Source: an uncultured Desulfatiglans sp.
Lineage (GTDB): Bacteria; Desulfobacterota; DSM-4660; Desulfatiglandales; HGW-15
NCBI GenBank assembly: GCA_964499695.1
Contig: CAZCMD010000005.1
Coordinates: 1,710 to 65,709, forward strand
Reading direction: 5' to 3'
Length of the DNA: 64,000 nt
Shown here: in pieces, positions 36,757-48,105 of the stretch
Layout of the letters: every line of letters begins with the position of its first letter
Position numbering within the stretch: the first letter of the stretch is position 1
Made by a program: the position numbers and the translations under genes
Notes under the pieces: model-generated
The model's input: the letters and a program-made list of their open reading frames with translations, nothing else
What the model was told of the DNA's origin: nothing
Database searches by the model: none

Positions 36757-37770
36757 TTATAGCCTGCCTTCATATGCCTCCATGGCCTCATTTAAAAGGT
36801 CCGCCTCCATGTGGCTGTATCTTGGGGAAAAGTGGAACAGTGTAAATTTCTTAACCTCTGCTGCCCTTGCTACCCTGCCTGCCTCAGCCGCTGTAAGATG
36901 GTACTTTTCTTTTGCGGCTTTGTTATCCTGTTCTGAAAAGGCAGCCTCAATGAACAGGTGATCAGAACCCCTTGCAAGGTCTATTATCTTTTCAATGTTT
37001 TCATTGCTCCCGATCACATCGGTAATATAGGTGATCTTCTGGCCCGGCGTTATGGTGGCGATTTTTTCCGCAAGGCTGCCAAGGGTGAACCTTACTTTTT
37101 CAGGTGTCTTATCCCTTTCTCCTTTTGTTACAAAAAAATCCCCATCCTCTGGGCTTCCTTCGTATATCTCCTTCTTAAAGGCGGTAAGCCAGGGGCCAGT
37201 ATCAAGATTGAGCCTTTTCAACTCCTCTTTGTTAATATTTACATGAAAATTTTCCTCTAATGTAAGACCCAGGCATGGTATCCTGTGGTCAAGCAGTACA
37301 CCCCTTACTCTGAACCCTTGTGTTTCATACAGGATGTTGTCAGCAATATTCGTCATCACCGGATCACCCGGTCTGAAGCCTTCACGACACAGATATTTTT
37401 GAGTAACCATTTTATCTTCATGGACTTCTGTTACATTTAAAGTAAGGTTATATTCATATTCCTGTACTAGATTCCATACATACCCGTTGAGTTTTCCCTC
37501 CATATGCCTGAAAAAATCGGGCGGCCCGAAAAGATGCAGCTCACTGTCTCTGCCCAGGAAGATCCTCAGAAGCTTGTCAAATCCAGTGAAATGGTCCATG
37601 TGGGCATGGGTGACAAATGCATGGGTTATCTTTAATAAATCCCTCGGGGTGAGGGGAATAATCTCTCCAAGGTCAAACATGAGCGCCCTTTTTTCATATA
37701 AAAAGGGGATAAAGAGCCCCGGATCAGAAAAGGGGTCATTAACAAGTCTGGGGTAAAAAGATGGCTTCAT
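36757..37770 (-). CDS. MBL-fold metallo-hydrolase (RNase Z/BN-like)
   Basis: 337 aa with the HxHxDH motif (FVTHAHMDHFTG) and C-terminal LFHFSPRY. Confidence 0.8.
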   Translation of the reverse strand: MKPSFYPRLVNDPFSDPGLFIPFLYEKRALMFDLGEIIPLTPRDLLKITHAFVTHAHMDHFTGFDKLLRIFLGRDSELHLFGPPDFFRHMEGKLNGYVWNLVQEYEYNLTLNVTEVHEDKMVTQKYLCREGFRPGDPVMTNIADNILYETQGFRVRGVLLDHRIPCLGLTLEENFHVNINKEELKRLNLDTGPWLTAFKKEIYEGSPEDGDFFVTKGERDKTPEKVRFTLGSLAEKIATITPGQKITYITDVIGSNENIEKIIDLARGSDHLFIEAAFSEQDNKAAKEKYHLTAAEAGRVARAAEVKKFTLFHFSPRYSHMEADLLNEAMEAYEGRL

Positions 37771-37877
37771 TGAAATTCGCTGTTATTATTTCAGGTTATC
37801 ATCAAAGATTCTTGTATTATCTATCACCTATCTTTATATTGTTCAAGAAATCCATATTAAAAATTGTTGGTAGCTAG

Positions 37878-39713
37878 ATGAACTCATCCGAACAGAATAG
37901 GTTTGATATAAAATCAGGAGATTTCAAAAAGGAATTTCCAACTGAACCGGGCGTCTACATATTCAGGGACAGTGCTGAAAGGGTTATTTATGTAGGAAAG
38001 GCCAAAAACATCAGGAACAGGGTCTCCTCATACTTTAACTCCCCTGCTGACATGACACCTAAGACTGTCATGATGGTATCAAAGGCAAGATATCTGGAAT
38101 TCATACTCACCTCCTCAGAGAATGAGGCCTTTTTACTTGAAAGCTCCCTTATTAAAAAGCATATACCCAGGTACAACATTGTCCTGCGTGATGACAAACA
38201 GTATCCATACCTCAAGATACCGACAGATGAACCTTACCCAAGGCTTGAGTTTGTAAGAAGACTTAAAAATGACGGGGCAGTCTATTTTGGTCCCTATTCT
38301 TCAGCCGGGGCGCTCAGGGATACCACAAGGCTCATAAACAGGATATTCAGGCTCAGGAAATGCTCAAAGGGCCATATGGCCACAAGGTCAAGACCCTGCC
38401 TCAATTTCCAGTTAAATAGATGCCTTGCCCCATGCACCCATGATGTTTCAATAGACGAATATGCTGCGATCGTTAAAAACGTCAGGCTTTTTCTGGAGGG
38501 GAGGAGCAAAGAGCTTATAAAACAGCTTGAAGCTGATATGAAAAGGTATGCATCAGAGGAAAACTATGAGGATGCAGCCAGGGTAAGGGATCAGATAAAG
38601 GCAGTCCTTAAAACGATTGAGACCCAGAATGTCTCATCAACCAGGGGTGAAGACCAGGACATAATAGGTGTAGCCCAGAAAAACGGGATATCCCAGGTGG
38701 TTATATTCTTTTCCAGAAAAGGGGTAATCACCGGTAGCAGGGATTTCAGGTTTGAGAACAAGGAGGTTACACCCTCTGAGGTGATCGAGGCATTCCTGAA
38801 ACAGTATTATCGTGAAGACGGGTACGTGCCAAAAAGTATACTAATTTCCCACCCGATTGAAGAACTTGAGCCCATTTCAGGTTGGCTTTCTTATCTTGCA
38901 AAAAAAAAAATAACCATAACCTGCCCGGTTCGAGGGAAAAGGGCCGGCATGGTAAAACTAGCAGTAAAAAACGCCGAAAGTATCCTGAATAGATCAGAAA
39001 ATCGGAGTCCGGTTGATATCCTTGAGATGGCAAAAACAGCCTTAAATCTTATAAAGGTACCCTATAAAATTGAGGCAATGGACATATCAAATATACAGGG
39101 TAGCCAGGCGGTTGGTACGATTGTTGCATTTGTAGAGGGCAGACCCCATAAGGAGGGGTACAGGAATTTCAGGATCAAGGATGTGAAGGGCATTGATGAT
39201 TATGAGATGATGTCAGAGATGGTTAAAAGGCGCCTTTTACACGGTGATCTCCCTGACCTCTTTATAATAGATGGAGGAAAGGGTCATCTGATGGCAGTAA
39301 GCCGTGTTTTATCAGAACTGCCGTCGGGCATTGAACATCCGGCCCTTGTAGCCGTTGCGAAGGAGAGGGAGCAGGGTGTTACGGGTGACAAGCTCTATCT
39401 TCCAGGCAGGAAGAATCCCCTGCGGCTTAACAGTGATCATCCTGTGCTCCTTTTGATTATGGGAATAAGGGATGAGGTGCACAGGAGGGCGGTAACCTAT
39501 CATCGTAAACTGAGAAAGAAGGAGACCATAAAATCCGCCCTTGATAGAATACCGGGCATCGGACCTTCAAAGAGAAACCTGCTTTTAAAGGCGTTCGGCA
39601 GCCTGGAGGCAATAAAAGAGGCAAGCGAAGAAGAGCTTATTAAGGTGAAAGGGATAACAAAAGTAATAGCAAAGATGATTAAAGAGCTGTTTTCTACCCG
39701 CGGTGAAGGCTGA
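37878..39713 (+). CDS. uvrC: Excinuclease ABC subunit C
   Basis: 611 aa with GIY-YIG (GVYIFRD..IYVGKAKNIRNRV), a UVR domain, an endonuclease domain and a C-terminal HhH. Contains an in-frame 11-A run (38900-38910). Confidence 0.97.
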   Translation: MNSSEQNRFDIKSGDFKKEFPTEPGVYIFRDSAERVIYVGKAKNIRNRVSSYFNSPADMTPKTVMMVSKARYLEFILTSSENEAFLLESSLIKKHIPRYNIVLRDDKQYPYLKIPTDEPYPRLEFVRRLKNDGAVYFGPYSSAGALRDTTRLINRIFRLRKCSKGHMATRSRPCLNFQLNRCLAPCTHDVSIDEYAAIVKNVRLFLEGRSKELIKQLEADMKRYASEENYEDAARVRDQIKAVLKTIETQNVSSTRGEDQDIIGVAQKNGISQVVIFFSRKGVITGSRDFRFENKEVTPSEVIEAFLKQYYREDGYVPKSILISHPIEELEPISGWLSYLAKKKITITCPVRGKRAGMVKLAVKNAESILNRSENRSPVDILEMAKTALNLIKVPYKIEAMDISNIQGSQAVGTIVAFVEGRPHKEGYRNFRIKDVKGIDDYEMMSEMVKRRLLHGDLPDLFIIDGGKGHLMAVSRVLSELPSGIEHPALVAVAKEREQGVTGDKLYLPGRKNPLRLNSDHPVLLLIMGIRDEVHRRAVTYHRKLRKKETIKSALDRIPGIGPSKRNLLLKAFGSLEAIKEASEEELIKVKGITKVIAKMIKELFSTRGEG

Positions 39714-39849
39714 TTCTGAAAACAAAATATTATGGTTGACAATCATTTTTGCTTTATGTTAACTATCCTCCAACTTCTGTTGATAATTAATCGTAAGTTG
39801 CATCTTCGCTGACTCAATCAATAAAGTTGTAAAAAAAGGAAAAAGTATT

Positions 39850-40758
39850 GTGGCTTTCAAAAAGGTAACAATAGTAATTCTTCCGGACGGCGTTAATTCC
39901 GTCAAACAGATAAAGATTCCGAAGATGTTTATAGGGTTAGTCATTATCTGTATTATCTCCGGCCTTTCCGTCTTAGGTTGGGCTTGTAATGATTACTGTC
40001 GTATTAAATCACAGATACCTCTCAATGCACAGCTCCAGGAAGAGAATAGACAACAGAAGGCCCAGCTTGCCTCTCTCTCAAACAAGATAGACAAGATCAA
40101 TACCAAGATGGTCGAGCTTAAAAAGTTTGATAACAAGCTCAAGATTATGGTGAATCTTGAACCAGGTGATGACAGTACCCCGTTCTTAGGTGTTGGTGGC
40201 TCTGATCCCAGTCTTATGAATGCCGAATATTCTATTGAAAAGGCACATCAGAAACTTGTCAGGCTGATGCACCAGTCACTTGATAATCTGAATACTGAGA
40301 TTGCTGTCCAGACACAGGAAAAGACCGAGCTTTATAATTTTCTTGATAGTCGAAAATCCATGTTTGCATGTACGCCTTCCATATGGCCCACAAAGGGGTG
40401 GGTCAGTTCGAAGTTCGGTTACAGGATTTCACCCTTCACCAACGAAAAGGAATTTCATAACGGCCTGGATGTGGCAGCAAAAGCCGGGTCACCCATTATT
40501 GCCCCGGCTGATGGCATTATCTCGGGCATTGAAAAGACCTATGGCTATGGGAATCTGCTAACGGTTAATCACGGGTATGGTCTTAAAACAAGATATGCCC
40601 ACCTCTCAAAGATACTTGTTAAAAAAGGGCAGGCTATAAAACGCGGGGATACCATAGCAGAAATAGGTAACACAGGCCGTTCAACAGGCCCCCACCTCCA
40701 CTACGAGATATTCCTTGAGGGGGTTCCGGTAGATCCAGGCCGCTATATACTTAATTAG
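39850..40758 (+). CDS. M23-family metallopeptidase with N-terminal TM and coiled coil
   Basis: 302 aa with GTG start. LytM motifs FHNGLDVAA and GNTGRSTGPHLHYEI. Confidence 0.9.
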   Translation: MAFKKVTIVILPDGVNSVKQIKIPKMFIGLVIICIISGLSVLGWACNDYCRIKSQIPLNAQLQEENRQQKAQLASLSNKIDKINTKMVELKKFDNKLKIMVNLEPGDDSTPFLGVGGSDPSLMNAEYSIEKAHQKLVRLMHQSLDNLNTEIAVQTQEKTELYNFLDSRKSMFACTPSIWPTKGWVSSKFGYRISPFTNEKEFHNGLDVAAKAGSPIIAPADGIISGIEKTYGYGNLLTVNHGYGLKTRYAHLSKILVKKGQAIKRGDTIAEIGNTGRSTGPHLHYEIFLEGVPVDPGRYILN

Positions 40759-40826
40759 TGTGCATCCGGAAAGAAGCAAAACCTGGAAGAAGCTTTCAGC
40801 AGTCAACGATCATCTTTCTTCAGCCT
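40752..40826. repeat. Family A repeat, left arm only
   Basis: 52/61 identity with 6602-6662. Starts at the stop codon of the M23 gene. The right (GCTGA-type) arm is absent. Confidence 0.65.
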
Positions 40827-41083
40827 GTTCTAACCAATCTAACCAAAGGTAGATATCAACGAGCATCGAGGCGGTTCTCCTTTGTACATTTATCTGTCTC
40901 CCTTTTCGGCACGGTAGAGCCCCTTCTATAATAGAAGGTACCTTGAGTTCTATGTTTTTTCCTGCCGGGGCATCCTCATCAAATAAAAAAATATAACGAT
41001 TTATTGTTTTGGATAATTATGTTAAGAAAGTGTTCTTATCGAAGCAGAAAGGATATTTATCAGAATATATTGGTATAGAGATC

Positions 41084-43945
41084 ATGATTGGTAATCTTGT
41101 AAAGAAAATTTTTGGCAGTAAAAATGATCGGGATCTGAAGAGAATACAACCCATCGTTGAAAGTATAAATTCATATGAACCTTTGTTCAAATCCCTGACG
41201 GACGACCAGCTCAGGGAAAAAACCAACGAATTTAAAGAGAGGCTTAAAAACGGGGCCACCCTTGATGAGCTGTTACCGGAGGCATTTGCTGCTGTAAGGG
41301 AGGCATCAGTAAGGGTGCTGAACATGCGGCATTATGATGTGCAGCTTATTGGAGGTATTGTTCTGCATGAAGGCAGTATATCCGAAATGAAGACCGGTGA
41401 AGGTAAAACCCTTGCGGCCACCCTGCCCCTCTATCTGAACGCCCTCACAGGAAGAGGGGTTCACCTTATCACTGTAAACGATTACCTTGCAAGGCGCGAT
41501 TCAGAATGGATGGGCGGCATATACAGGATGCTCGGCATGACTGTCGGTGTGATCGTTCATGGCATGACAGATAAAGAGAGAAAACAGGCATATGCATGTG
41601 ATATCACCTACGGAACAAACAATGAATTTGGCTTTGATTACCTCAGGGACAACATGAAATTTGATGTGAATGACCTTGTCCAGCGCGATTACTATTATAC
41701 TATTGTGGATGAGGTTGACAGCATCCTTATTGATGAGGCCCGTACACCCCTTATCATAAGCGGCCCTGTGGAGCACAGTGAAAACAAGATATTCATGGAG
41801 GCCAAGCCCTTTGTCATTAACCTGAAAAAGAAGCAGAGTTCTGTGATCAGGACGTTGCTGAATGATGCCAGGGAACGTTTGAATAACGGTGATACGGATG
41901 AAGAGATCATCCAGATCCTCCTGAGGGTAAAGAGGGGTGATCCGAAAAATCCGGGGTTTCTTGATCTTATGGCCAAAAACCACTCCCTTGGTAAACGCAT
42001 TGATAATGAAGAAAGTGCGATGAGGAGCCAGAAGCTGCTTCCTGAGCTGGATAAGGAGCTTTACTGTATCATAGACGAGAGGAACAGTTCGGTTGAGCTG
42101 ACAGAAAAAGGGATAAAGTATCTCTCTGAAAGCGGGGCAGGGGATTTTTCCATCCCGGACATAGAGGAAGAGAGCTACAATATAAGGGAAAATAAAGAAC
42201 TGGATGACATGGAAAAGGCGGAAAAGCTCAGGGAGCTTGAAGCGGGCTATATGCGCACATCAGAGCTTCTCCATGCGACTCAGCAGCTTATCAAGGCATA
42301 CTGGCTTTTTGAAAAGGATGTCCAGTATGTGATAAAGGATGATGAGATTCTTATTGTTGATGAGTTTACAGGCCGTATGATGCCCGGAAGAAGATGGAGC
42401 GACGGCCTGCATCAGGCTGTTGAGGCCAAGGAGGGAGTAAAGGTTGCAGAAGAAAACCAGACACTTGCCACCGTAACCTTTCAGAATTTTTTCAGGATGT
42501 ATGAAAAGCTCGCAGGCATGACAGGTACTGCGGACACAGAGGCAGAGGAGTTTCACAATATCTATAAGCTGGGTGTTAATGTTATCCCGACAAACAAGGA
42601 TATGATCCGCAAAGATTTCGCTGATGTCATATACAAGACAGAGCGGGAAAAATTTAATGCTGTTGTCCAGGAGATAAAGGAGCTTTATGAAAAGGGCCAG
42701 CCCGTGCTGGTTGGTACTATCTCCATAGAAAAATCCGAGGTCCTTTCCAAAATGCTTAAAAGGACAGGCATACCCCATGAGGTACTGAATGCCAAGCATC
42801 ACCAGAAAGAGGCGGAGATAATCGCCAAGGCCGGACAGTATAAGACTGTTACCATATCAACCAACATGGCAGGCCGCGGTACAGACATAGTGCTCGGGGA
42901 AGGGGTCAAAGAACTCGGGGGGCTTCATATCCTGGGAACTGAAAGACACGAGAGCCGCCGTATTGATAACCAGTTGAGAGGCCGGTCAGGCCGTCAGGGA
43001 GACCCGGGAACCTCAAGGTTCTATCTCTCTCTGGAGGATGATCTTTTGAGGATATTCGGCTCGGACAGGATCTCCTCTATCATGGAGCGGCTGGGTATGG
43101 AAGAGGGTGAACCCATTGAGGCGAACCTGATATCAAAGGCAATAGAAAGTGCCCAGAAAAAGGTTGAGGCCCATAATTTTGATATCAGAAAGCATCTCCT
43201 TGAATATGACGATGTGATGAATAAACACAGGGAGATAATTTACTCCCAGAGGCGTAATATCCTTAAGGGAGAGGGCATTGATGAGCTGATAAATGATATG
43301 GTGGAAGAAAGGATCGAAGCCCTGGCAGGTGAACACAGCGACCCAAAGGCATATCCTGAAGACTGGGATATCCAGGGCCTGATAGAAAGCACCCTAAGGA
43401 TATTCGGTGTACGGCCCAGGATCACCCCTGAAGATATGGGTAAGGATGAGTTTGACAAGCTCACACCTCAGATCCTTACCGATCTGTTAAAAAAACAGGT
43501 GAAGGATGCCTATGAGTCAAGGATGGCAGGCATCAAAAAGGAGGACCTTCTCTCTGTACAGAAGATGATAATGCTCCAGATACTGGATAAAGAGTGGCTC
43601 AGACACCTGCAGGACATGGATCATCTAAAGGAAGGGATAGGTTTAAGGGGATATGCCCAGCAGGACCCATTAAAGGAATACAAGAAGGAGGCATTTGAAC
43701 TGTTTCAGGGGCTTGATTCCAGGATAAACGAAGAGATCCTTTTAACCTTTTCAAGGATACAGGTCAGGAGGGAAAGGCCTGAAGATATCCCGCCTCAGAA
43801 GAGGAGACAGATGCAGATGAGTCACGGTGATTCTGCTGCCCGGACCGAACCTATAAAAAGAGCGAGTCAGAAGATCGGGAGAAACGATCCATGCCCATGC
43901 GGCAGCGGGAAAAAGTATAAAAAATGCTGCGGGGTTAATGAATAA
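41084..43945 (+). CDS. secA: Preprotein translocase ATPase SecA
   Basis: Start at [20 protein letters not shown]. The upstream TTG extension from 41009 is unlikely to be real. DEAD-like [19 protein letters not shown] and C-terminal zinc motif [14 protein letters not shown]. Confidence 0.97.
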   Translation: MIGNLVKKIFGSKNDRDLKRIQPIVESINSYEPLFKSLTDDQLREKTNEFKERLKNGATLDELLPEAFAAVREASVRVLNMRHYDVQLIGGIVLHEGSISEMKTGEGKTLAATLPLYLNALTGRGVHLITVNDYLARRDSEWMGGIYRMLGMTVGVIVHGMTDKERKQAYACDITYGTNNEFGFDYLRDNMKFDVNDLVQRDYYYTIVDEVDSILIDEARTPLIISGPVEHSENKIFMEAKPFVINLKKKQSSVIRTLLNDARERLNNGDTDEEIIQILLRVKRGDPKNPGFLDLMAKNHSLGKRIDNEESAMRSQKLLPELDKELYCIIDERNSSVELTEKGIKYLSESGAGDFSIPDIEEESYNIRENKELDDMEKAEKLRELEAGYMRTSELLHATQQLIKAYWLFEKDVQYVIKDDEILIVDEFTGRMMPGRRWSDGLHQAVEAKEGVKVAEENQTLATVTFQNFFRMYEKLAGMTGTADTEAEEFHNIYKLGVNVIPTNKDMIRKDFADVIYKTEREKFNAVVQEIKELYEKGQPVLVGTISIEKSEVLSKMLKRTGIPHEVLNAKHHQKEAEIIAKAGQYKTVTISTNMAGRGTDIVLGEGVKELGGLHILGTERHESRRIDNQLRGRSGRQGDPGTSRFYLSLEDDLLRIFGSDRISSIMERLGMEEGEPIEANLISKAIESAQKKVEAHNFDIRKHLLEYDDVMNKHREIIYSQRRNILKGEGIDELINDMVEERIEALAGEHSDPKAYPEDWDIQGLIESTLRIFGVRPRITPEDMGKDEFDKLTPQILTDLLKKQVKDAYESRMAGIKKEDLLSVQKMIMLQILDKEWLRHLQDMDHLKEGIGLRGYAQQDPLKEYKKEAFELFQGLDSRINEEILLTFSRIQVRRERPEDIPPQKRRQMQMSHGDSAARTEPIKRASQKIGRNDPCPCGSGKKYKKCCGVNE

Positions 43946-44006
43946 CAAAAAGAAACAGGGCCTGCAATTAATGCAGGATTAACATATTATCCGGGGTTCA
44001 TTAGAG

Positions 44007-45194
44007 ATGGAAACCAATACTGTTATAAAGGGCTTTAAGGCGGCATATACCGCATGCGGCCTTAAAAAGAACAATACATATGATCTGGCGCTTATATACT
44101 CGGAAATGCCAGCGGTTTCAGCCGCGGTCTTTACCACAAACAGAGTTAAGGCAGCGCCCGTTCTCTTAAGCATGGAGAACATAATAAGGGGCAAATCAAG
44201 GGCTATTATAGTAAATGCCGGTAATGCAAACGCCTGCACCGGAGAAGAGGGATTAAAGAACGCAATGGAGACCGTCCGCATGGTGGCAGAGGGCCTTGGC
44301 ATATCGCCCGGGGAGGTGTTGATAGCATCAACAGGGGTTATAGGCGCACAGATAGATATAAAAAAGATAGAAAGGGCCATACCTGACCTTATAAAAAACC
44401 TTGATCCGGAGGGCTTTGAGGGCGTGACAAAGGCGATCATGACCACCGATTCATTCCCTAAGGTCAGAACATTCAGCGGCAGGGCAAATGGCGTGGCCTA
44501 TCATGTTGCAGGTATTGCCAAGGGTGCGGGCATGATTATGCCTAACATGGCAACCATGCTCTGTTTTATTATTACAGATATAAATATCAGTAAACCCATG
44601 TTAAAAAAGGCCGTTACACAGGCGGTTAACGACTCATTCAATAAGATAACCGTTGACGGTGATACCAGCACAAATGATACCGTATTCGTGATGGCAAACG
44701 GGCTAGCCGGAAATGAAGAGCCTGACGGGGCAGCCTTTACCGAATTCCAAAAGGGACTGACCGGCATAATGTATGACCTTGCAAAGATGATAGTAAAGGA
44801 TGGCGAGGGTGCGACCAAGGTTATTCACATCGGGGTAAAAGGGGCTGCCTCCTCTTCAGATGCGAAGAGTGCTGCAAGGACAATCGCCAATTCAAGCCTT
44901 GTAAAGACCGCATTTTATGGTGAAGACCCCAACTGGGGCCGGATCATGGCTGCACTGGGGAGGTCAGGCATAGATATGAAGGAAAACATGGTTGATATCC
45001 TCATCGATGATATTAAAATAGTAAAGGGCGGGCTTGGTCAAGGTGTTGAAAAGGAAAAGGAAGCCGCTGTAATTATGAAAAATCCTGAGATATATCTGAC
45101 AGTTGAGCTGAATATGGGTAATTCTTCCGACTGGATTACAACATGCGACCTTACCCATGATTATGTGTCAATCAATGCGGATTATAGATCTTAA
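44007..45194 (+). CDS. argJ: Bifunctional ornithine acetyltransferase / N-acetylglutamate synthase
   Basis: 395 aa with autoproteolytic-site region PNMATMLCFIITD and C-terminal DYVSINADYRS. Confidence 0.95.
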   Translation: METNTVIKGFKAAYTACGLKKNNTYDLALIYSEMPAVSAAVFTTNRVKAAPVLLSMENIIRGKSRAIIVNAGNANACTGEEGLKNAMETVRMVAEGLGISPGEVLIASTGVIGAQIDIKKIERAIPDLIKNLDPEGFEGVTKAIMTTDSFPKVRTFSGRANGVAYHVAGIAKGAGMIMPNMATMLCFIITDINISKPMLKKAVTQAVNDSFNKITVDGDTSTNDTVFVMANGLAGNEEPDGAAFTEFQKGLTGIMYDLAKMIVKDGEGATKVIHIGVKGAASSSDAKSAARTIANSSLVKTAFYGEDPNWGRIMAALGRSGIDMKENMVDILIDDIKIVKGGLGQGVEKEKEAAVIMKNPEIYLTVELNMGNSSDWITTCDLTHDYVSINADYRS

Positions 45195-45226
45195 TTATAA
45201 ATTATTGAATTTTTTCGCTATAAGCG

Positions 45227-45820
45227 GTGTCTAATAAACCAAATATTGCTGATGTAGATGAAAACAGGCTTTTATTAGACCTTAAAAATCAGGATGAAAA
45301 GGCCTACAGAAAACTTGTCTCTTTATATCAGGCGAAACTAAGGAACGTTGCCTACGGGATAACCCTTGATGCGGATGAAAGCACTGATATTATTCAGGAT
45401 GTCTTTCTCAAGGCATATATGGGAATAGATAAATTCAAGGGTGAATCATCCCTTTATACCTGGCTCAGGCGCATCACAATAAATGAGAGCCTCAACTGGG
45501 TAAGAAAATGGAAAAGGCGTTTCAGGTGGCAGCATCAGTCCATTGACCAGGAGGAGGGAAGCGGCCCTGATTTAACCTCGGATGCGCCCGGACCTGAAGA
45601 GAGCCTGAGCAACAGGCAGGTATCGGGTATCCTCAGGAAAGGGCTTGACAGCCTGCCTGAAAAGGCAAGGGCAATCCTGATTTTAAAAGAGGTGGAAGGG
45701 TTATCCTATGATGAAATAGGAGAGCTGATGCAGATAAACAAGGGGACAGTAAGTTCAAGGATATTTTATGCGCGCGAAAAATTAAGGGAAGCTCTTAAGG
45801 GTATTGAAAGTGAAGATTAA
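45227..45820 (+). CDS. ECF-type sigma-70 family sigma factor
   Basis: 197 aa with GTG start. Region 2 (DIIQDVFLKAY, YTWLRRITINESLNW) and region 4 (LILKEVEGLSYDEIGELMQINKGTVSSRIFYAREKL). Confidence 0.9.
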   Translation: MSNKPNIADVDENRLLLDLKNQDEKAYRKLVSLYQAKLRNVAYGITLDADESTDIIQDVFLKAYMGIDKFKGESSLYTWLRRITINESLNWVRKWKRRFRWQHQSIDQEEGSGPDLTSDAPGPEESLSNRQVSGILRKGLDSLPEKARAILILKEVEGLSYDEIGELMQINKGTVSSRIFYAREKLREALKGIESED

Positions 45821-46277
45821 CAGTGAAATAATATGCGACACCGAGATGATAAGCCGGTTCATGGATAATGAGCTCCACGGGGAGGATCTCATAACCGCAA
45901 AAAGGCATGTTGCATCCTGTGAAGCTTGCAGCAAAAGGCTTGATGCCTACGGTATAATCGGCTCGGGTCTGAACTCCTTCATGAGTGCTCAGACATGGGC
46001 ATCAGGGCAGGATATCGAGGCCAGGGTAATTGACAGGATCAGGCAGAAGGAAACCCGCTTACAGGGATTACTTGATTTTGTTCTTTCAAGAAGGATGTTT
46101 ATACCCGCGGGCCTTGCTGTATCTCTTTCTCTGGTGCTTATGGTGTTTTTAAATAACCCTGCACCTGCCGGTCCCAGTGCCATAATATCATCTCTCTCCG
46201 GTACAGGTTCTTCAATCATGATAATGGAGACAGTTAAGTCAAGACAAACAATCTTATGGGTTAAGGAAAGTGGATAA
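45804..46277 (+). CDS. Anti-sigma factor (zf-HC2 type), single TM
   Basis: Contains ISRFMDNELHGEDLITAKRHVASCEACSKRL followed by a TM helix. Overlaps the sigma-factor stop. Confidence 0.75.
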   Translation: MKVKINSEIICDTEMISRFMDNELHGEDLITAKRHVASCEACSKRLDAYGIIGSGLNSFMSAQTWASGQDIEARVIDRIRQKETRLQGLLDFVLSRRMFIPAGLAVSLSLVLMVFLNNPAPAGPSAIISSLSGTGSSIMIMETVKSRQTILWVKESG

Positions 46278-46743
46278 AATGAAAATAAAATATTATTCCC
46301 AGGCGCTGATGACCTTTTGCCTTTTTACCCTTTTAACCATATTACTGCTACCTGCCGCGGCGCAATCAGGTTCAAGTATCAACATTTCAGTAAAAACCAT
46401 CCTGGCATCAGAGAATGGTAATTCAGTGTCTCCGGGGCTCAATGATATCGTGAGTGAACTGCAATCTGTTTTCAGGTACTCTTCCTATGAATTTCTGGGT
46501 CAAAAGGGCCTATCTCTTTCAGTAAACAGCAAGGGGAGCGTCTCCCTTCCGGAACAGATAATGATGAATATCTCTTCCAAGGGCATTGAAGGTGACAGGG
46601 CCGTGCTCGATATTGAAATTTTAAGGGGTGGCAGCCGTATCCTGCAGACAGTAATCAAACTCCAGAACAACAGCAGTATAACCATAGGCGGCCCTGAATA
46701 CAGGGGCGGTAATCTTCTCTTTAATATATTTGCCTCTTTTTGA
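46270..46743 (+). CDS. Secreted hypothetical protein, third gene of the ECF operon
   Basis: 157 aa with a signal peptide ending AAAQS. Overlaps the anti-sigma stop by 8 nt. No recognisable motif. Confidence 0.45.
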   Translation: MDKMKIKYYSQALMTFCLFTLLTILLLPAAAQSGSSINISVKTILASENGNSVSPGLNDIVSELQSVFRYSSYEFLGQKGLSLSVNSKGSVSLPEQIMMNISSKGIEGDRAVLDIEILRGGSRILQTVIKLQNNSSITIGGPEYRGGNLLFNIFASF

Positions 46744-46959
46744 GTTTTCTAGGGTTTCAAGATAAACAATATGTGAAGAAGGTTTCAGTTGAGCTATTCG
46801 GAGATTTTGACCCTTTACCCCTTTATTGTTTTCTGATGCGGTTACATTGTCTTGATGTATAATTTATGTGGTCTTCTTCATTCTTGACAAGCTACCTTCA
46901 TCTTTTAAGAATGAAGTTCATTCCCTGTTATGTTTCGGAAAATTAAATGCTCCAATTTT

Positions 46960-47487
46960 TTAGTGACAAAACCTGTTAAGATTCTCTTTAAATTTTTTAT
47001 GATTTTCTAATATGAAATATCCGCTCACCAAAAGAACAAAGGTTAAACTGGTTCCGATAAGAAAAATACTATCGTTCCCCAGGAGTGAATTAATATACCC
47101 CAATCCTCCTGAGAATAATTCATTTGTTTTCTCAATATATAGATTGTCCCCTGTAAGATTAGAAGAGCCGGGTTCAATCCGGGAAATAAAAAAACCCAGT
47201 ATACCTGCAATTACCAAAGCAAAAGAAGAAATCATCCCTATATAGAAATAGCTGACCTCATCCTTCACGGTAGAATGTGAAATAGAGATTTTGCTCATGA
47301 ATTTATATGTAAAATTCACAGGCGCCGGAGATATTTCAATCTTTCTCAAAATTTCTTCGGTCAACTGAAGAGCTTTCAATCTCAATTGAGCATCCGTATC
47401 ATTTTTAAGTATTTCGGTAAGTTCTTTAATTTCAACTTCCGAAAGATCATTATCTAGGTATTTGTTTAATAATTCATCGGTTATCAT
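46960..47487 (-). CDS. Putative anti-sigma factor, membrane protein (no zinc finger)
   Basis: 175 aa with an N-terminus LNKYLDNDLSEVEIKELTEILKNDTDAQ typical of anti-sigma N-domains and 2-3 TM helices. Start overlaps the stop of the upstream ECF sigma gene by 4 nt. Confidence 0.55.
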   Translation of the reverse strand: MITDELLNKYLDNDLSEVEIKELTEILKNDTDAQLRLKALQLTEEILRKIEISPAPVNFTYKFMSKISISHSTVKDEVSYFYIGMISSFALVIAGILGFFISRIEPGSSNLTGDNLYIEKTNELFSGGLGYINSLLGNDSIFLIGTSLTFVLLVSGYFILENHKKFKENLNRFCH

Positions 47488-48047
47488 ATTAGCTCCTGGT
47501 AATTGTGCTTAAGCAAAAGGTCACGTAAAGAGTTTCTGGATCTATGCAAAAGCACCTTGGCGTTTACTAAAGATATATCCATAACCTGACTAATCTCGTT
47601 CAACGACATATCGTCAATATAAAATAAAGTTATAACCAATGCATTTCTAATCGGCAGTTTATCAACCATTTTCAATATGTATTCGCAGGCATTTGTGGTT
47701 GAAGGATAGATTTCGTTGTCATAATCGCCCAGATCAAAATGTTCGTCAATGGATGACATTTCCTGTTCAATTTTTCTTTTTTTACTCGCAGCCATGGTCA
47801 AACCGGTATTGTACGTAATCCTGTAGAACCAGGTTGTAAATTTCGAATCTTTTCTAAAACTGCTCAACCCATTAAATGCTTTCATAAAACTATCCTGAAG
47901 TGCTTCCTCTGCGTCCATTTCATTTTTTAAAAGTCTTTTTAAAAGTGAGAAAGCCTTATCTTTATATCTGTCAATTAATAAAGCAAAATCGCCTTGGTTG
48001 CCTTTTAGAACAGAGTCAATTATTTCTATGTCGGATAATTTTTTCAT
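47484..48047 (-). CDS. ECF-type sigma factor (AT-rich island)
   Basis: 187 aa with region 2 (EEALQDSFMKAF, FTTWFYRITYNTGL) and region 4 (LFYIDDMSLNEISQVMDISLVNAKVLLHRSRNSL). Confidence 0.88.
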   Translation of the reverse strand: MKKLSDIEIIDSVLKGNQGDFALLIDRYKDKAFSLLKRLLKNEMDAEEALQDSFMKAFNGLSSFRKDSKFTTWFYRITYNTGLTMAASKKRKIEQEMSSIDEHFDLGDYDNEIYPSTTNACEYILKMVDKLPIRNALVITLFYIDDMSLNEISQVMDISLVNAKVLLHRSRNSLRDLLLKHNYQELI

Positions 48048-48056
48048 CTACATTAT

Positions 48057-48082
48057 GACTGGTGTTTTATAAAAAGGTTACA
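48057..48082 (-). promoter_or_regulatory. ECF-type promoter motif P3: TGTAACC-N15-AGTC, 9 nt upstream of the sigma gene ATG
   Basis: The minus strand reads atgtaacc tttttataaaacacc agtc ataatgtag ATG. Same motif and spacing as P2. Confidence 0.5.
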
Positions 48083-48105
48083 TAAAAATGAAAGTTTAAA
48101 AATAT

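Noticed and set aside
38900-38910. 11-A run inside uvrC as a frameshift or slippage site
   Set aside because: The reading frame is continuous across it (LAKKKITITC) and UvrC motifs are intact on both sides. It is used only as an internal control for homopolymer accuracy.
41009-41083. 25-codon N-terminal extension of secA, or a secM-like leader peptide
   Set aside because: The extension starts at a TTG with no SD. The canonical SecA N-terminus ([20 protein letters not shown]) begins at ATG 41084, and the extension has no arrest-peptide-like features.
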